Shown here piece after piece: positions 58,556 to 64,000 of a stretch of DNA of 64,000 nucleotides. The stretch is from Amoebophrya sp. A120 (lineage: Eukaryota > Protista > Dinoflagellata), in contig CAJINV010000012.1 of assembly GCA_905178155.1 (NCBI GenBank), forward strand, positions 2,701,765 through 2,765,764, given 5' to 3'. Position numbers and translations under genes: made by a program. Each line of letters opens with the position of its first letter. Within the stretch, counting starts at the first letter, position 1. The notes under the pieces were generated by a model. That model had not been told where the DNA came from and searched no databases. It saw only the letters and a program-made list of their open reading frames with translations.

Positions 58556-61500
58556 TCACAAAATCCCGTTCGTGATGCGCTGGTAGTTGTCGTACTGCCT
58601 GGTGTATTGCGAGGAAAAATCCCCCGTCCTCATATTGAAAACGTGCTGTCTGCTGGAAATTTGTGACGCAGATCTGTGGCCACAAATCCTGTCTGTCTTG
58701 CTAGAAGGCAGCGCCGGGCTCTCTGCCACACTATAATGCGGGCGCTTTGTAATGCTGGAAGGACTACAGGGCAGCCGTCTACCATGCTAGGCGCCTACAC
58801 CAAAAAGGTCCCTCTCTAGCCTCGCGATCTGCGTGCAGTCCTCTACTGCAAGACGCATCTGATTTGTGTACGCAAATCCAGCATCACAGATGTCCTTTTC
58901 GATATGGGGAGGGGGATTTTTCTTTTTGGTATTGTGCGCCAGTTGTTCACGGAGTTGTCGATTAAGTGATGATATGAACCGCAAAAGTTTCGCAGCACTC
59001 GTAGTAATTGCAGTCATACATTCTTACGAAGTCTTTTTCATTTATTTTCTTGAGGTAAACCGCATTACAAATTTAATTTCTCACGCTGGGGACGTTGTTT
59101 GTATATGCATTTGTACGACGAGTGCGATACTTTTCTTGCAATTCATAGATGAATTTGTTCGATGCAGGCGTCGTCGGGAATGCCACGGAAAAACCTTTCT
59201 TCCAGCTCCGTGATGATCAACGAGCACGGCTTTCCGCTGAAGCACGGTTATTGTGAGGAAAAACGTCCCCACCCCGGAACTACTTGGGAGCATTTGTATT
59301 GCAAGGCTTTCCAATGGAAACGCTCGCCGTCTTGCATGTATCAGCATCACAGATTTTCAATCGTGAATAGCAAAAATTTGCACTGCAAAAGATCCCAGCA
59401 AGAGCGGCGCGCATCATGCAAGCGAGGATGCTCTATACGACTAGCCTCTGCATCAGGAAGACGAAGAGGAAGATTCGTAGTCCTTTCATGCATGACAAAA
59501 GGTTCTCATTTGGAAACTTCGCATCACAAATTATTCAAACTTTCGGGGTCGTGGGGGCATTTTTCACTCTGATAACGGCAGGTTACTGTTCGCCAAGGAC
59601 TGGATCAGGGTGGAAATGCGCTCGATGTGCCGCCGCGCCTCCAGAAAGCCGCGAGTTATCAACTGCAAATATGTCTGGGTCTGGAACAAACTTGTGATGC
59701 GGGTTCTTGGCGAATCATGAGGGTGCCGCAATTGCCAGCCCAGCATGACAAAACTCTCCGTCGGTAGGTGTAGTGGTCTATTCCGCATGACAAATTGCGT
59801 TCTTTCCGCATGACAGAAAAGCGAGACTGTCTTGGGAAACTACGTGCATAACAGACTTGAGAGCTATGCTAGCCGAGCATGGCAAGCCTCGCATTCTTCC
59901 AGACCCAGACATATTTGCAATGCATACGAATCAGGAGCGTACAAAAGTACTGGTACTGCTCGGATTCTTCCCCGTCCATAATGTCCAGGAATTCCTGCGT
60001 CAGTTTGAACGGCGAGGTTTCGAACGCGATGTTGCCCGGGGAATTGCTCAGCATGAAACCGAAATCGATGTGGATGATGTGTCCGTTGCGTATGGAAGTG
60101 TCAGGATCGAAATCGTCAAAGTTGAAATAGTTTGCGATGCATAAAACGGATCCCCGTTGGCGCCTAGTTTTCAAGTGGCGCATGACAATTTTGCGTAGAA
60201 CTGAAATCCAGTTTGTAATGCTGTTTGGGTAAGGACGACGCCTTTTGTCATGCTACTTTAGTAGCTCAATTTCTACCCCCCCAACAGGCTTACAATCTGC
60301 ATCCCTTGCGTCCTCTGCAATAGTGGCAATTTTTACGTTGCATTTTATGCATCACAGGCTATTTCAACTCTGTCAATTTCGATCCTGACAGTTCCATAGT
60401 GCGGTCGAGCAGCATGTTCCCGTTGTGCCGGTCCCGAACCTGCAGAAAGTAGCACACCAACGAATAGGCCGCCGTCGACTCGGTGAAGGCCCGCTTGGCC
60501 TGCAGCAGCCGGTCGCCGAAAGCCGTGTTATGAAGGCCTCAGAATGGAAATCCTCAAAATGGAAATAATTTGTGATGCATGAAATGCGACGCAAAAAAGA
60601 CTGTATTGCAGCGGACGCAATGGAGGCCGACTGTTGTCCTTCTACGGGGGAAGAATTGTAGTGCTGATTAGCACGAGAGAAGGGCACCCTTTTGCCTTAA
60701 CCAGCATGACAGACATGCTTTGAGTGCCCGGGAAATTTGTCATGCGCCGCCTAAAAGTGGCGCTTCAACTGGACTGGTTTTTTGCATTACAAACTATTTC
60801 CGCTTTGAGGATTTCCAACCTGAGGCTTTCATACGTGTTGAAGACTTCGGACAGTGACTTGTCCGGGAATTTCCGCTTGAGCCGGTCAATCGAAATGGAG
60901 TCCGGCACCATCTCAATGAACCCCGAGCGCGCGCCGGTAATCAGAACCTCGATCGGGCGGAGGTACCTGAGCAAATAAAATCACAGGGAGTCGAAGATAC
61001 AGTCTTAGTTTTACTGGTGTTTCATCATACTCTGTCTAGTATCGAGTTCTTGCACCGATCGACAACAGGTGGCGCACTCTCGGGGCTTGCAGATGTTGAA
61101 CCCACATGATCGCTCTTGATGTCTTTGCTTTTTACACAGGAGAATAGCGGGACGAAGAACCGGTCTCGACTTTGAAACAGATACAAAAAGATAAAGATCA
61201 CTTCAGCCCTAAATTAAACTACAAGTTCAGGCCGGGCGCCTGGTCAAAAATCCACTTGAACTGGGAGATCAGCTATGAATCGCAAAAATATCGTACTCGT
61301 AGCAATAGCAGCTATGCATTACAAATCAAAATCAAAATCTAGGTGCGTGTCAAGGTAGATCCGCATTACAAATTTAATTTGTCATGCTGAGCTAAAAACT
61401 TGTAATGCAATTCATACTAGTACGATCGTTTTGCAATGCATATCAGCTGGCTGGCTAACACTTCCTGTCGCACGTCGTCGCCGGATTTCACTATAATGCT

Positions 61501-64000
61501 CCGCAGAGACCTATCCCGTGTAAAAACATCCCCACCCCAAAGTTGTCATGCCATTCTGCATGCCAAAAAAGTTTCTCATGCGGAGCCCTATGAGAAGCAT
61601 TTTCTACTCGTGTTTTGGGATTTGTGATGCAGCTAGGATCAGCATGCTATGGTAGATCTGTGATGCTTCTGAGCTAGCCAAACAGGATGACACTACGAGG
61701 GCAAACTTGTCATGCCAAGCAACCAAAGCGGTGTGATTTGTCTAGCAGATTTCCCATCTTGACTCTGGTGTGGGGACGTTTTTAATCAGGATAAGACCAG
61801 GACTTCAGCTTTGCGTACTTGGAAGTCTGTTCGATGCGTTTTTTCTTGTTGTCCCAGGGCTCGCTCCAGATTTTCTTGCGAAACTTGGCCGCTTGCAGTT
61901 TTCGGTGCAGCAGCTTCTTGTACGGCGCAAAGCCATTCTGATTGTTGCTCACCGCCATCCCGGCCCGAATGGCGCGGAGCTCCGCTTCGCCACACCCGGA
62001 AATGGTGTTGGCATAATTGGTACTACCAGTTGTGTTAGCCTCGTCAAGAAAGACCGATGAAAACGCCGAGTCAAAGTCGAACTTGTCCGGATCCTTGCCG
62101 AAGCTGACGGGCAGGGATTTCGAGGCGCGCAGGGGTGGTTCGAAGTAGTGCGGGTCTTGCTGCTGCGGGGACAAAATGTTTTTGCTAGTTGATGTAGTTG
62201 TACCAGAAGTTCTTGTTGCACCGATATTATTGTTCATAAGTCCGCTCGGCTTACTTGGCAGCGAATTGGACGCCGCGGAGCCCCCGCCTTGCAGGTTCTT
62301 ATTTCTGGCGCCGCCTGCCATGGGAGACGTTTCATCATCCGCAGCGGGGGACGCTTGTGCATTTACGCCGCCTATCCTGTCGTGGTTCTGGCCTTGCGGT
62401 GGATCTACTTCGCTGGGAGCTCCGCCGGCTGCATTTCTATCTCCGGCGTTTTTCCCAGGGGGTGCCGAGAGCGTGTGGGCCATTACTACTTGTCCTGTCT
62501 CTTGTTCTGTAGTACCTGTGGCGCTTGTCGCGGTCTTTGCTCCTGCAGCTCCATCTGCGCTACTAGCAGTGACTGCGCCTCCCAAAGACGGTGCTGCCAC
62601 GGGAACAACGGAAGAAGAGCTGGACGCAGGCGCAGTGCCGACTTGGAGAACAGTTGTGATGTCATTTGCTTGTTGACTTCCTAAAGAGGATGGCTCTGGT
62701 TGTACTCCCGGAAGAGGTGCAGCTTCAGTGCCCGCATTATCATCCCCCAAAGCGGTATCCACAGCATCAAACTTCGCACCAACTCCTTCCTGCATTGTAC
62801 CGTCAGTGCTGTTGCCAACAGTCGACGTAACTCCGCCTTCGTTGCTGGCTATTTGATTCTGCCCCTGTGGCTGATGCTGTAGTGCCAGCAACTCCGAGGA
62901 CGTCAAATCTTCATCGTAAATATCGTCCCCGATCGACGCCTCCTCCGCCGCAGCGGCAAGAACCACCTTCATCGCAGCCGTTTGCGCTGTCGCTGCTGCT
63001 GATGTAGTTGGGCCACTCGTAGTACTCGCCGCCGCCGCGGACGATGTTGGCTTGATATTACTAGTTCCCGCTTGGGCCCCGAGCGGGTTCATCTTCGTCG
63101 CAGCAGCAGTACCAGCTCCTCCCACGACTTCGTCGGAGGTCAATTGTAGTAGTTCCGTGGAAGATTCGTGGCTCATCGCACCGGGGGCTCCTCCGAAGGA
63201 AGAAGTAAATCCAGGATTTAGTATCTCCAGCTCCGTATCGGAAACGTAATCTACCTCGTCCGCCTCGGGAGTGTCATCCCGCTGGTAGACCTTCGCTACC
63301 CATTCCGGCAACGAGATTTTTTGCAAGAGCTTTTCCATGGTATCCGAACTGAAGTCGTCAAACAGCGTCTGCATCTCCTGGTAGACCAGGTCCCGCCCGC
63401 TGATGTGCTGTTTCTATGACAGTGCATAACCCCCCCTCCCCCTCATTTGTGTTGCATGAACAGCAACACAAGCGCTGGCAAAGATGCAGCTTTTGCATGC
63501 CAAATTCCTAGGGGATTGTAGTGCTGTTGCGGATTCCGGAACCTGTCTTGCAAACAGTACTAACAGGCAAAGGGTGGATTTGAAATTTTGCATGACAAAT
63601 GAGGGGGAGGGGGAGTTGTGCACTTTCATAGTTTCGTCTCCTCGTCGTCAAGCTCTTCATCTAAGTCGCCAAACTCGCAAATGAGCAGAAAAGGAGCGCG
63701 GGTTTTCGTGGAAAAAACTCGGCAATCGTGGGCATGGACCTATTTTGATACTGATTTTTTCTCCGTCATGTTGGTGGCTGTGGCTCCTTCGCTCTTCAGA
63801 TTAAGAACATCAACAGAGCGGCCCTACCTTTTTTTATTCGAAGAACCTCTCAAGGAGAAGAACAAGTAGGACCTTAGGCTTAGCCATACCACGAATACGA
63901 TGGTGGATAGAAGTACTTAAATGCATTATCTTACCTTCAACAGCTGCAACCTAGTGTCCCAGCCGTGCAAAGGAACGTGCAGTCCGATCATTTGAAACTC
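58556..64000 (-). CDS. Phosphatidylinositol 4-kinase (type III beta/Pik1-like), 5'-partial
   Basis: Spliced protein contains [81 protein letters not shown] and [19 protein letters not shown]. Nine TIR introns and two GT-AG introns. Confidence 0.93.
58605..58931. mobile_element. TIR intron, family G
   Basis: DR tggtg/ttgtg; frame NNWRT|RQYD. Confidence 0.85.
58973..59147. mobile_element. TIR intron, family B
   Basis: DR gatga/gatga. Confidence 0.87.
59249..59574. mobile_element. TIR intron, family H
   Basis: DR acggt/acggc; frame NLP|CF. Confidence 0.85.
59657..59926. mobile_element. TIR intron, family A
   Basis: DR cgagt/cgaat; frame LIR|GFL. Confidence 0.87.
60091..60398. mobile_element. 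TIR intron, family F
   Basis: DR ttgcg/gtgcg; lies between the DRHNGN and HIDFG motifs. Confidence 0.9.
60529..60833. mobile_element. TIR intron, family F-like
   Basis: DR cgtgt/cgtgt. Confidence 0.88.
60967..61222 (-). other. Canonical GT-AG intron in the PI4K gene
   Basis: Minus strand aactt|GTAGTT...tttatttgctcAG|gtacctc restores GLNLYLRPIEV. No TIR or DR. Confidence 0.8.
61274..61442. mobile_element. TIR intron, family B
   Basis: DR tcagc/tcagc. Confidence 0.88.
61512..61793. mobile_element. TIR intron, family E
   Basis: DR agacc/agacc; frame KSWS|LRSIIVK. Confidence 0.9.
63415..63630. mobile_element. TIR intron, family L
   Basis: DR gtttc/gtttc. Confidence 0.88.
63740..63934 (-). 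other. Canonical GT-AG intron in the PI4K gene
   Basis: Minus strand ttgaag|GTAAGA...aaatAG|gtccat restores LQLLK|VHAHDCRVF. Confidence 0.8.

Noticed and set aside
1419-60978. Many short ORFs sharing SNAKMSGSG, FQTQTFLHLI, YYEYDTFAQD or CHA/MTN peptides
   Set aside because: They are translations of TIRs and of the TGTCATGC motif, not a protein family.
61218-61225. In-frame TAG in PI4K suggesting stop-codon reassignment
   Set aside because: It is explained by a GT donor overlapping it (tt|gtag) and a normal GT-AG intron.

Overview
This is eukaryotic genomic DNA. Its architecture matches what has been described for the parasitic dinoflagellate Amoebophrya (Syndiniales); the taxon is my inference. 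Four protein-coding genes all lie on the minus strand: (1) a partial low-complexity protein, (2) a 1899-aa Upf1/NAM7-like SF1 helicase, (3) a ~1997-aa single-pass membrane protein with PAN/apple-like modules, spread over 40 kb in 54 exons, and (4) the 3' part of a PI4-kinase. The genes and intergenic DNA carry 72 non-canonical, transposon-like inserts (71 complete, 1 partial; about 14 families). Each starts TA(T), ends (A)TA, has terminal inverted repeats (TIRs) and a 5-bp flanking direct repeat (DR), and has no GT-AG. Removing an element plus one 5-bp copy restored the reading frame at every coding junction I checked by hand (53 of 53 in the large gene). The typical families share an internal TGT[ACG]ATGC/GCAT[TGC]ACA motif, and several families occur in both orientations relative to transcription. 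Larger repeats are nested inside these introns: retroposon-like inserts, a Helitron PIF1 remnant, a split-direct-repeat element, foldbacks and minisatellites. Two ordinary GT-AG introns coexist in the PI4K gene. No transposase is encoded in the window. All coordinates were hand-derived. DR pairs are given as plus-strand left/right. Family letters are my own labels.
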